This document shows positions 52,178-64,000 of a stretch of 64,000 bases of DNA, in pieces; position 1 is the stretch's first letter, and the number at the start of each line of letters is the position of its first letter. A program made the position numbers and the translations under genes. The notes under the pieces are model-generated. The model was not told where the DNA came from and searched no databases. It saw only the letters and a list, made by a program, of their open reading frames with translations. The stretch comes from Eledone cirrhosa (lineage: Eukaryota): assembly GCA_964016885.1 (NCBI GenBank), contig OZ024742.1:40300001-40364000 (forward strand), read 5' to 3'.

Positions 52178-52199
52178 GTGTGTATGTGCACACGTGTGT

Positions 52200-53095
52200 C
52201 ATCATCATCATTTTTAATCTGCTTTTCCATGCATGCATGGGTTGGATGGGTCCTTTTCAGCAAAGAATCTCTCTAATCGTTACGTTCTTTCATCATCTCC
52301 TCTGTGAGTTTCAATGATTTGAGGTCATCTCTTATTTCTTCTTCTCAGGTCTTCCTGGCTCTTCCTCTACTGCAGCTTCCTTCCAATGGGATTTTCTGGC
52401 ACTTCTTCACCCAGTGATTATCATCTATGTGCATCATATGCCTTCACCAAAGCAGTCTTCTCTTGCACACTACTTCTGATTCCTCTTATATCAGTTCATC
52501 CAAGCTTTGTCATTCTCACACATTAACATTGCACATCCATTTGAGAAGGCTTGCTTAATTTCTCTTCAGCATTCACATGTACTCTACAATCACTGTCAAT
52601 GTTTCACTACTACCATACAACATCACACTTCATGCGCAGGTGTCATACAGCTGCCCTTTTGTTCGGAGGAAGAAACTTTTTGTTGTCAACAGATGAAGTA
52701 GCTCCCTAAACTTCATCCATCACATCCTTATTCTAGCTACTAATTAGATCACCTATGTAACAAAAGCTATCAACCACTTCTATGGATCTTTCATGACCTT
52801 GTACATCTATTACATATGAAGTCTTCTTTACCAGTTAGTCTGCCTGCTATCCCACTACAACTCTTGTGTACCCAAGATTTGCATTGTGTACATTGTACAG
52901 AGTTTATGCCTAGTCCTTTTCTGCATATTGAACAAGGCCCTATCCCTGATGGGATCAGGGTCCTGTCTTCTTTCCTACTTACTAACACTTTAGTTTAATT
53001 TACTCTCAGCTTTTTTTAATTCTAAATTCTGTTTCCCTAGTCAAAACTTATTCTCTAGTTCTATGGATTCAGCTATGATAACCAGATTAGCAAGA
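52200..53095 (-). mobile_element. Decayed RTE family 2 copy
   Basis: LVSRKEDRTLIPSGIGPCSICRKGLGINSVQCTQCKSWVHKSCSGI...FICNRC (PHD-like insertion retained), with a (CAT)n tail on the plus strand. Confidence 0.85.
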
Positions 53096-54595
53096 CACAT
53101 AACTCTGCTTGATCCAGGTTAGAAAAAGAAAAGAAAGGATCATTAACTCTTGAAGGAGTTGTAGGTGTATCATCCTGTCGCACAGCATGTCTTGGGCATT
53201 TAAACCTAACAGAGTTATCTTTCTCCAGGTCAGAACAAAGCCAATTTCTTCTGGAAAAAGAATGAACAAGAGAAAGTAGGAAAGAGAAATAGAGGAAGAA
53301 TTGACTCCAGTGCTGATTTGGTACTTTAAGGACCTCAAAAGGATAAAAGGCAAAGTTGACTTCGGCAAGATTTGAACTCAGAGTGCAGAAAGCTGGAACA
53401 AATACCATAAAGCACTTTAACTGGCATTCTGGTATCTTTGCCAATTCCCTGCCTTATTCTAGACACAGGAAAGGTAAAAAATATTGCAAGAAAATAGTTG
53501 TTTTTTCTTTCTTTCTGAAAACTAGTTTCCAAAATTTTTTTTGCCAAAATCTGAAACTAAGTAGAAACAGACAGTGAGAGATTAAGTTCTCAATACCAAG
53601 AATATTTTAATCAATTTAGAACACACATATTAATATACCCAAGACATATGCATACACAAAACCATGTTTACCATGCACACACAGATACAAACACATACAC
53701 ACACACAATCATGTATACACACACATGGACAGACATACACATATACAAAAAAATACCTAAACACACACATGCGTGAACACAATCACAAACATTTACAAAC
53801 ACACAGCTAGGCATACACATACAAAACATACCTAAACACACACACACCATAAACACATTCATGTATATAAACATTTTACAAATACACAACAGGCATACAC
53901 ATATAGAAAGATGTACCTTAGCACACACACACACACAAACTGCTCTGAAGAAGATTAATGCAGAGTGATTTCAGTAAAGAAGATTAATGAATACTATTTG
54001 TCTTGTATCCTAGAGCGGCTATAACTCTGCTATGTAGGTAGGCACTCACAGACATAGACGCAGACATACATATATAGGAATGAAGGTAGAAGACTAACAA
54101 CCTTACTGAAACTTCCAATACTACCCATTTTCCACCCGTACCTCTCTACAGCTGTTCAATAAATATTAGTGTCATCTGTTAGAGTTGACTTTAATAGTTT
54201 ATTCAATTTGATGCAGTGCTTTGCAAAGAAAAAGAAGAAAAAAAATTATAGAATACAAAAAAAAAAAAAAAAAAAGAAGAAATGGGTCCTTTACTTGTTT
54301 AGAGGCTATGAAAAAAAGAACTCTGAAGTGTAAACACTTTTGACTATTCCTCCAGGCACAGAAAAAACATAAGAGACCCTGAGTTAAAACACATTGCATG
54401 ACATCTCAGACAAGTCATTTTTGCCTAACCTTGAACTGACCCCAGTGTTGTGAGTAAAACTCACACAGTGAAACTGCCTACATGGTAATGCGATGAAATG
54501 CCAATGATGGTTGGAAAATCACTGATGAAGGACTATTTTTATCATATGTAACCCATGTGCAACCATGCAGTATTCTTCTTTCTTCTCATGTTTTT

Positions 54596-54613
54596 CATAT
54601 ATATTTATATATA

Positions 54614-54650
<37 letters not shown>

Positions 54651-55035
54651 GTATAAATATATGCATATGTATATATATGTATATATATATGCATATGTAT
54701 ATATATGTATATATATATATGCATATGTATATATATGTATTGCATATATATATATATATATATATATGTATATGTAATATATGTTTTTATATGTATATAT
54801 ATATGCACATATATATATATATATATGTATATATATATGCATATGTATATATATGTATATATATATGCATATGTATATATATGTATATATATATGCATAT
54901 ATATGTATATATGTATATATATATATATATATATGCATATATATATTTATGCATATATATGCATATATATATACATATATATACATGCGTATATATATTT
55001 ACATATATATATGCATATATATATATGTGTGTATG

Positions 55036-55071
<36 letters not shown>

Positions 55072-55346
55072 TCATCATCATTATCATCATTTAAGGTCTA
55101 TCTAAACCCATGCTAGCGCGGAATATAGACGTTAAACGATGATGATGATGATGATGATATATATATATATATATACACATATATATGCATATATATATGT
55201 ATATATATATATATGCACATGTATATATATGTATATATATAAATATGCATATATATATATGTGCATATATATATATGTATATATATATGCATATATATAT
55301 GCATATATATATACATATATATATATATATGTATATATAAATATCC

Positions 55347-55391
<45 letters not shown>

Positions 55392-55433
55392 AATATGCAT
55401 ATATATATATACATATATATGTATATATATATA

Positions 55434-55483
<50 letters not shown>

Positions 55484-55637
55484 TATATATATATGCATAT
55501 ATATATGCGTATATATATGCATATATATATGCATTATCTGATGAAAACACAAATATTATTGCATGATGATATTTGTTTTTGAAATGCGCATAATAAAATA
55601 CATGGAACTCTTTTAACCATCTTTTGTTCTTATATAT

Positions 55638-55719
<82 letters not shown>

Positions 55720-55817
55720 TCCAGACCCATGCCTGCGTGGAAAATGGACGTTAAACGATGATGATGATGATATATACATATATATATATGCATATATATA
55801 TATACATATATATATGC

Positions 55818-55896
<79 letters not shown>

Positions 55897-56000
55897 TATA
55901 TATATGTATATATATATGTACACACACACACACATATATATATACATACATACATAAACACACATATAAATATAGACACATAAATATATACACAAACTAA
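54596..56000. repeat. Compound (TA)n, (TATATG)n and (TATATGCA)n microsatellite block with short LINE tail remnants
   Basis: Directly visible low-complexity sequence. Confidence 0.95.
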
Positions 56001-56870
56001 TGGTGTATTATTATGGTTGATGATTAATCTTGTATGTTAGAGCAGACTTTAATACTTTTATTCAATCTGGTGAAGTGTTTTGCAAAGAAGAAAAATAGAA
56101 ATAGAATACATAACAGACAAAAGGAAAGAATGAAAAAAAGAAGGGACATTTATATCAATCAGTAGAAGACAGGTTTAACCTGTTGACAATTTATTTAACT
56201 TATGCTGGTGTATACAGACATCTCTTGAATTAGACAGCATTCCGCTACAACTCTTTTCTTGCTCATATATTTCTATTAACTTCTAACTAATTGTCCAATA
56301 CTTTAAACATAAAATACATCAATTGTGAGCAGCTGCTAACTCTTTACATATTCTAAATTTGAATCAGAGGAGAGCATTGTAAACTGTGAGCTCAAGTAAA
56401 GTACTCAAACAATGTGGTGGTGGTGGTGGGAGGTTGACATATTGTATGCACACTCATACCTCATACTAATATAAGTAGCTACATACATACATACCTACAT
56501 ATGCACACACCAATATATATATACCTACATACATACTTGCATATGCACACACCAATATATATACCTACATAAATTTACAAATATACATACCTACATATGC
56601 ACACACCAATATACGTACCTACATACATGTACAATATACATACCTACATATATATATATATATACATACCTACATATGCACACACCGATATATGTACCTA
56701 TATATACCTACCTACATACAAACATACATACATACATACATACATACATACCTACATACATACATACATACCTACATACATACATATATACATACATACA
56801 TGCACCAATATACATAAATTGTACACATGATCAATACAAAAGCTATTTGAATTATGTGTGAGTTCTTCAC

Positions 56871-56993
56871 CCAGCCATGCTCTCCACACAGGCCGCCCAT
56901 TGGCCTAGAGTCAAACAGTCTGTTGTCTCTGTCTTTGTCTCTTGGAAAGCCATTACAATGGTCTCTGCTCCAATGAATTTGTTACCAATTCCT
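56871..56993 (-). CDS. Possible internal host exon (GIGNKFIGAETIVMAFQETKTETTDCLTLGQWAACVESMA)
   Basis: Acceptor-like cactttcag, GC-richer non-repeat sequence, weak donor gg|gtgaag; no recognised homology. Confidence 0.2.
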
Positions 56994-58167
56994 CTGAAAG
57001 TGTTGTAAATTATCCGGCTTTTGTTATGTTCAGAAGCAACTTCTTTCGACAAAGAAAACTTTAAATTTCAATGGTCATCTCATTAGCATATTTGGAGACA
57101 TTAACTTCAGGACAAAAAGAACATCAAAGTTAAGTAAATTTCTCCAACAATTGCTGCTTTTCATTAACACTTTTGATATGTTAATCTCATAAAAGACATC
57201 TTATGATTTTTAAATAATTTTGAAACTAATCTAGAAACAATTTGGAGGATTTGTAATATAACTAACTTTCTCATTATTTATCTGCTGTTTGAAACATAAC
57301 AATGGTTCTTATATAAAATCCTGATGGAAGCTTTTAGATAACTTTAAACACTTTTAACAGTTTTATATAATAGAATCAGGTGCAGTTTCAAGCAGTTTTG
57401 TTTTGAAAAGGTTAAAGAGGTATTTTTTTTCAGTATCGGGACATTAGTTCAATGTTCTGACAAGGCTATTTTTGATGCAATTTATTATTTGCTTTCTAAG
57501 GTCATCATTTTGGCAGAGTTGTTAGAGTATTGAATAATTTGTTCAAGGTCTCCGTGTTCTGAGTTCAAATCTTGCCAAGGTCCACTTTGCCTTTCATCCT
57601 CTCAGGGTCAATAAAGGAAATACCAGCCCAGTGCTGGTGCAGAACTCTTTCTTTCCAGCTGTCACATTGGATCAAAGGAAGTGAGTTGAAAGTGAAAGAG
57701 TGTCTGACTGCTCATGAGTGCATGGGTACCTAAAGCCTTTAGTAGGAGCACAACACATACTACCAAGTTATACTAAATTGTAAGTGGCAGCTGTAGATTT
57801 ATTTACTTACTTCAGAATAAAATGTTCTATCTATACTAGAACTATAAGGAACCAGTTAGCATGGGCCTACCATTTTGAGGGCCAAACTTCCTTAGTGGTA
57901 GACTTAATCTGTCACTTGGTTTAATAGCACCACCTGACTCGAGGTACTTTTAGAATAGTCCACTTTATTGCAAGTATTTGAGCCAGGTCCTTTGTTTGAA
58001 GATACCTTCTTTTTCCTCTCTTCCACTTGTCTTGGAAGCCTTGAACAGAACCCTGTGCACTACTCCTCACTTTCTGACTAAACAGTATTTTTTAAAAAGT
58101 TAGTTCTTTTTCTATTCTGTTATATATATATAGTAGCCATGCCTGTATATTCCTTTCATTCTCACAA

Positions 58168-58273
58168 GCTCCGATGAATTGACTGGTTACAACTATGTAT
58201 TGGTGATCGAATAACGTGAAAACAAGCGGGTAGCGATCTCTAGACCTACCAGTTCAGAGAAACAATTGTCAGC
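58168..58273 (+). ncRNA. Hammerhead-like motif with long stem II and a U4C core, in a TA-flanked PLE-like fragment (58132-58500)
   Basis: gct-CCGATGA-a ttgactggt...accagttcag a-GAAA-c aatt g-TC-agc; stem I can extend by ctca/tgag; ATTAAA follows. Confidence 0.6.
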
Positions 58274-59053
58274 AATGAGATTAAAAACCTTTTTTGTATA
58301 GCAAACCGTGTCACTCTTCTTTTCTGATTTATCATTACTCCAAGTATTTACAGCATAGGAATTACAGCGTACTCGCAACATCACTATGGAAACGCCTTGT
58401 TGAGTCAAACTTAGCCAACCGTTGATATCATCCACTACCCGGAGTACTTTAACTGGACTACACCTAAGTGGACTACCTATAACAATAATCTGTTACCCCA
58501 TATATATATATATTAGGATTGGTGCTCTGAAATAGCGATGTATACATGAATGTATGCATAATATATTTGGCAATATACCGTATGTTTAATTATGTACAGA
58601 CACATACTCATAACCAAATCATAAATAAGAAAATGTTAACTATTGGCAACTGGAATATTACAACACTTAATAGTAAGGAATAGGAACTAGTGGAGGAGGT
58701 ATTTAACACTGATTACTAATAGGGGGGGGGGGGACTGGTAGAGTCATGAAAGTATTTGATTACATATCTTAGTATTTTTTCTAACTCTCAGCACTCTGAT
58801 GTCAACTTTGCCATTCACCCTTTCAGGCTTGATAAATAAAGGTGTGCTTTGTGGTATCTGATGCAACTCTGTGTGTTCTCAGTTCAAATACCACCTTCTT
58901 TTGTCAGGAGATATGAGCAGCAGATAATATCAGCAATGAAAAGACCAATGGAAATATCATTTCCTTTTTCCAATCTGATGATTGGTTCCTTTCTTTTTTT
59001 CCTTTTAGTAAAATACTTGATGAGCAATTTAAAATGGAATCAACATTTCACAT

Positions 59054-59161
59054 CTGACATGGGCCTATTAGCAGATTTACCTGACATGGTCCTATTAGCA
59101 GATTTACCTGACATGGGCCTATTAGCAGATTTACCTGACATGGGCCTATTAGCAGATTTAC
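59054..59161. repeat. 27-bp tandem repeat, four copies (ctgacatgggcctattagcagatttac)
   Basis: Four near-identical units. Confidence 0.95.
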
Positions 59162-62100
59162 TAGGGCTTGGTTGTGAGATGTTAAGATACAGGATTACTG
59201 ATCTCGTGGTCAAAAGTTTAGTTGTTTTCTGCTCTTGAGCAAGACATAAATCTGATTGATCCAGTTTAGAAAAAGAAAAGAAAGGGCCCTTAACTCCCGG
59301 GGAAGTTGTAGGTGTATCATCCTGACAAACAACGTGTCTTGGGCATTTAAACCTGGCAGAGATATCCTTCTCCTGGTCAGAACAAAGGTGATTTCTTCCA
59401 GTAAATGAGAGAGAGAGAAATTAAGAGAAAGTGATAAAGAGAACTAGAGGAAGAATCAACCTTAGAAATGGACTCGTGCTTTATCTATTGTCCTCAAAAG
59501 GCTGAGAGTAAAGTTAACCTCGGTGAGACTTGAACTCAGAGAGCTGGGACATATTTAATCCAATGCACTTATGACTGCCATTTTGCCACCTATGTTCCAG
59601 TTAACCTAAGAAAATCCAATAGTCTCTTTTACATAACCATAGAGTAGTTGTGGTTAGTAATAGGAAGGACAGATGTAAAAACAATTTTTCTAACAAAAAC
59701 CATCCCAACAATGCAAGCATGCTAATAAAATTACAAAAATAATATCAAAAAGTAACACATTTTTAATTGAATAATTCTTTTCATATCTAATTTAATTAGC
59801 AATATTTGTTAATAGATCCCTTTATACATTTGCAACATAGGTCGAACAGCTTTCATTATCTACATTAATATTGTCAGTTAATTAATTAGTTTAATCTAAT
59901 TAATTGCCTATCTTCTCTCTTTGTCTATCTCTCCCACCTCCCCTTCCTTCCCCATCTCTCAGATTTTATCTCATTATGGTTATTAAATCATTATGAATCA
60001 ACTCATAATGCCTTATAATGATTCAGCATAAAATATCTAAAAGCAGGTTTGTTAATTCAAATGATTATAGTCTCATCACTAGTGGACTGATTGCTGAGAA
60101 AATTTGCAGTAAACTAAAGTAAAGACTTAAATGTTTACTGTGGTGCAGTTTAATGTGGTACAGGACATTAAGATTTAAAGACTATATTTGATGAGAAAAC
60201 TTATTAATCAATCTAAAGAGTGTGGTGAAATGTTTAAAGCATCTTTAGATTCTCCCAGACCAGACAATTGCTGATCATTAATAAAACAAATTTGACACAC
60301 ATGATTGCATTAATTTAGAATGTAAATATCTGGAGCAATTACCACAAAGCATTTTGTTTGGTGCTCTAATGATTCTACCAATCCATCATCCTGACAATAA
60401 TGGTTAATAATTTTGGCACAAGACCCGCAATTTTGGAAGGATTTAGCTAATTAAATAGACACAAGTACTTGACTGTTACTTTATTTTACTGTCCCTGGAA
60501 GGATGAGATGCAAAGTCGACCTCAGTGACATTTGATTTCAGAATGTAAAGAACTGAAACAAATACAATAAAACATTTGCCCAGGGCTTTGACTCTGCCAA
60601 TCCACCACCATTAGCTTTTATAGTGATAGTAATTTCATTAAACAATGTGTAAATTAGTTTTTTTATATGGGTAGGAAAATCCCTCCAGTATATAACTGAT
60701 AATTATAAGAATCTATGTTGGCACTTGATCTGTTAGAAATAACAGCCGAATCTCCTTCAAATTATACTCTACTGTCTTGAAAAAGACATAGCACTTGGAT
60801 AATATAGTCTTTGATATGCAATGCCTAAGAGAAGGATGGGATGAAATAATCATAGCTGGAACATGTTTGATTGTAATTCTGTCCAGTCAGGGCTAAACAA
60901 CAATGACAGTTGATAAATGATCAACCCCCAGAGGAGTGGAAGGCAAAGCCAATCTAAAGAGAAATATTGTAAATTATAATGGCAGTGTTGTTTTCTCTAA
61001 CCAACTAACTTTACCCCAACAACCTCCACTTTAAACAATTTAAAGAAGTAAAGTATTGATTTTAAATCTGCCACCTAGGATCAAATATAATGTTTCAGAT
61101 TTAAACAGATCATTTCTGATGTAGAGGACCCTAAGGAGAGGGAATCTTTGATGGGTTGGATTTCAGCTCTTTAATTATTCAACCACAAAAACTGTTCTGG
61201 TAAACATTCCCCTCATTCACCATTCTTCATATTTAAAACAAAATATTTTTCCAATCTTTACTTTCTTTTACAAGCAGGCCTTTGATAGTTCTGCAAATTG
61301 ATACATTTAGCTTTTTATTTTTATGTTTTTTTTTTTGTTTTTTATGCTCAATCTTACATTTAATCCTTTCCCTATCAAACTGCCTGAAGTCATCCCTGAT
61401 ACTACAATACAGAAGTATTCGTTTTAAAGTGTTTATATTCATCAAAAACCCTTCCATTATAATTTTATCTAAGAACCTCCATATTCTTGATTATTTTCAT
61501 TCATATATGCTTTCCTCTTTGCTGTGACCTGTCTTTTTTCTCTTCCCTTACTGCTATCCTCTTTCTCTCTCCCCCTTCTCTCTCCTTCTCCCTCTTACTT
61601 TCACTCACCCTCTGCTAGTCACCTCCTCTCGGCTAGCCTCTTCCTCGCACTTTCACTCACTCACTCTCTGCTACTCACCCTTTTTCATTTTTTCCTCTCT
61701 TTCCGTTGCCTCACCATTTGTGTTTGTTTACATGTCTCTCTTTCTCCATCCAACTCTTTTTATCCCAATAACTTATTTAGTTATTGTATTGCCCTAGCTG
61801 GAGGTATATGGTCTGTAATGCGAAGAAATACCTATGATGGCTAGTAGACAACTGATGACGGATATTCCTAACTTCTATTTCTAATTCTTCATTTATTATA
61901 CTTAATTGCAACAACACAGCTCGCTATTTTTCATTCATATATATATATATATATATGACATGCTTCTGCAGAATCTGTCCACCAAATTCCACTCACAAGG
62001 AATTGGTCTACCTGAGGCTATAATAGTACTTGCACAAACTGCTGTGTAAAATGAGTGAATCTAAACTTTATGATTGCAAAGTGAACTCCTTAACCATACA

Positions 62101-62596
62101 GCCAGTAGTTTGTCACAGTCAAAATTTCTTTTAGAATTCAGAAATAGTGTATAACTCTTAACATCCTATTACACAAGAAACCTTATTAACTAATTTCAGG
62201 AAAAATCTGCAAACCCTATTGTTATCATTCTTTTTCTGAATTTCATCAAATTCCAAAGAATCTGGCATTGTTCCTCCTCTAAATATTAAATTTATCTAAA
62301 GGCCTTCAAAATACACAGTTTTTTAATAAGTTGGAAGTTTTGATCATGTTTGTGACACAACTAAAAGCACTCAGTACTCTCTGTAAGGTGGCCATGCTGG
62401 TGACACAATAAAAATCGCCCAGGCTAGACAGTAAATTTAGTTGGCATTAGAAAGGGCATCCGGCCATAGAAACTAAGCCAGAAACACTTTTGTATGAGTT
62501 AGACATGGTCACTTGATCTGACTTGTCTCACAGCTCATCTAACCCATGCTAACATGGAAAATGGAGGGTATGTCAATATTTATATATACATATAAA

Positions 62597-62635
<39 letters not shown>

Positions 62636-62723
62636 AGATAAGCGGAGCAAGCAAGATTCAAACAATTTTTTTAAATAAATTAAAAAATATAATTTAAATA
62701 TTTACCTATTCCATTTGCTTTTA

Positions 62724-62794
62724 CTGATGGTTTCACCTTACAAAAGATTGGAGATCCCTAGGGACTTCCAATGGAAATGTTCGGATCATCAGAG
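62724..62794 (-). ncRNA. Degenerate hammerhead-like motif in a TA-flanked fragment (62635-63108)
   Basis: Minus strand reads ct-CTGATGA-t cc...attgga agtccc ta gggatc tccaat...gg t-GAAA-cca-TC-ag; stems I and III are weak. Confidence 0.45.
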
Positions 62795-63107
62795 AGCATT
62801 TTCCTTTCCTAGGACAAAAATCCCAGGAATGGCAAAATATGTTGCCATCTGCCAGCTAGCACAGGATCGAATGGGGCCGTAAACTTGACCTATGCATGAA
62901 CCAGCCCTTAGTAGAAGCGGAAGTAAACATAGACGCATTCTCTACCTCGCCACTAAAAATAGCAGCTAAATAAAACAACAGATTTGTTCTCTACATAATG
63001 GAGAATATTAAAATAAGGTTAATATGCCCAGAGGTACTAAGTACCCCTGTAATTCCATAGAACAACCACTGTATCATAGACACCCTATATATTTCCAGGG
63101 GTACTTA

Positions 63108-63165
<58 letters not shown>

Positions 63166-63713
63166 TGAGAGAGAGAGAGAGAAGGTGAAATTGGAAATAG
63201 CACGGAAAATATATTTTAGGGTCTGTTTTTCTTTTTTTTCCTTTCTTTGATTCGTCAAAGGGACATTATTGAAAAAATGAGAGGACAATTCTTTAAAAAA
63301 AAGAGTTTTATAAAGTATATAAAGTATAACCGGTTTTGATGTATTAGTAAAATTCATCTTATCAAATGTTGAGTATTACAATTAAAAAGAATTAATAAGA
63401 ATTAATAAGAATTAAAAACTAAAACTTAAAGATTTAAAATTAAGAGGTAAGTTTTTTCATCTTCCTTGTTGAGAAGGAGACTGGAAAATGAACTCTTGTG
63501 TATATAGAGAGAGAGAGGTGTAGTCATGATAGTAGCAGCAGCATAAACACTCAAGGTACTTAGATAAAATTAATATGAAGGTCCCAATTTAAATATGAAC
63601 AATTTAAAAGAAGAGGTTTTTCTATCATAGAACCAATGGTGGTTTCTGACTCGGTATTAAATTGGCGCTAATGGTTCTCAATATTCCTTTTCTTTTATAT
63701 TTATTTTCCCATT

Positions 63714-64000
63714 ATAGTGCTTGTACTACAAAAGAAATGACCAATAGTACTAACAATAGTGCTTGTACTACAAAAGAAATGACCAATAGTACTAACAATA
63801 GTGCTTGTACTACAAAAGAAATGACCAATAGTACTAACAATAGTGCTTGTACTACAAAAGAAATGACCAATAGTACTAACAATAGTGCTTGTACTACAAA
63901 AGAAATGACCAATAGTACTAACAATAGTGCTTGTACTACAAAAGACATGACCTCTAGTACTAGAATTAGTGTTTGTATTACAAAATACATGACCTCTAGT
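63714..64000. repeat. 42-bp minisatellite running off the window end
   Basis: Unit atagtgcttgtactacaaaagaaatgaccaatagtactaaca, five identical copies and then diverged units. Confidence 0.95.

Noticed and set aside
54519-56861. Many Y/I/C/V/H/T-rich ORFs here and elsewhere (e.g. 1804-2247, 13042-13385, 19466-19869)
   Set aside because: Dinucleotide microsatellite read-through.
57930-58078. Further candidate minus-strand exons (also near 1800-1930, 29390-29430, 34640-34703, 36440-36568, 43075-43118)
   Set aside because: Splice-like signals exist, but frames are ambiguous and no homology was recognised; they cannot be supported without RNA-seq or BLASTX.
63714-64000. 42-bp and 27-bp (59054-59161) repeats as CRISPR arrays or repeat proteins
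   Set aside because: The units are contiguous with no unique spacers, there are no cas genes, and the context is eukaryotic. The ORFs exist only because the periods are multiples of three.

Overview
This is eukaryotic (animal) DNA: AT-rich, CpG-depleted and dense in microsatellites. Its repeat content suggests a coleoid cephalopod such as Octopus (inference). No host gene can be called with confidence; nearly all short ORFs are microsatellite or antisense artefacts. Main contents: (1) a near full-length RTE LINE (about 3277-13311) ending in three C2H2 fingers, with a near-intact Tx1-clade LINE (3604-9394) nested in an (ATT)n tract of its probable 5' UTR; (2) a second RTE-like family with a PHD-like finger inside the RT, as two young inverted copies and several decayed ones; (3) Penelope-like GIY-YIG remnants; (4) tRNA-derived SINEs, MITEs, a Helitron end, an hAT remnant and minisatellites. 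The most striking pattern is four unrelated non-coding fold-back elements at (TA)n tracts that carry outward-facing type I hammerhead ribozymes. Several of these, and other solo hammerheads, have non-canonical cores (U3-A8, U.U or A.A at the base of stem II, very long stem II).
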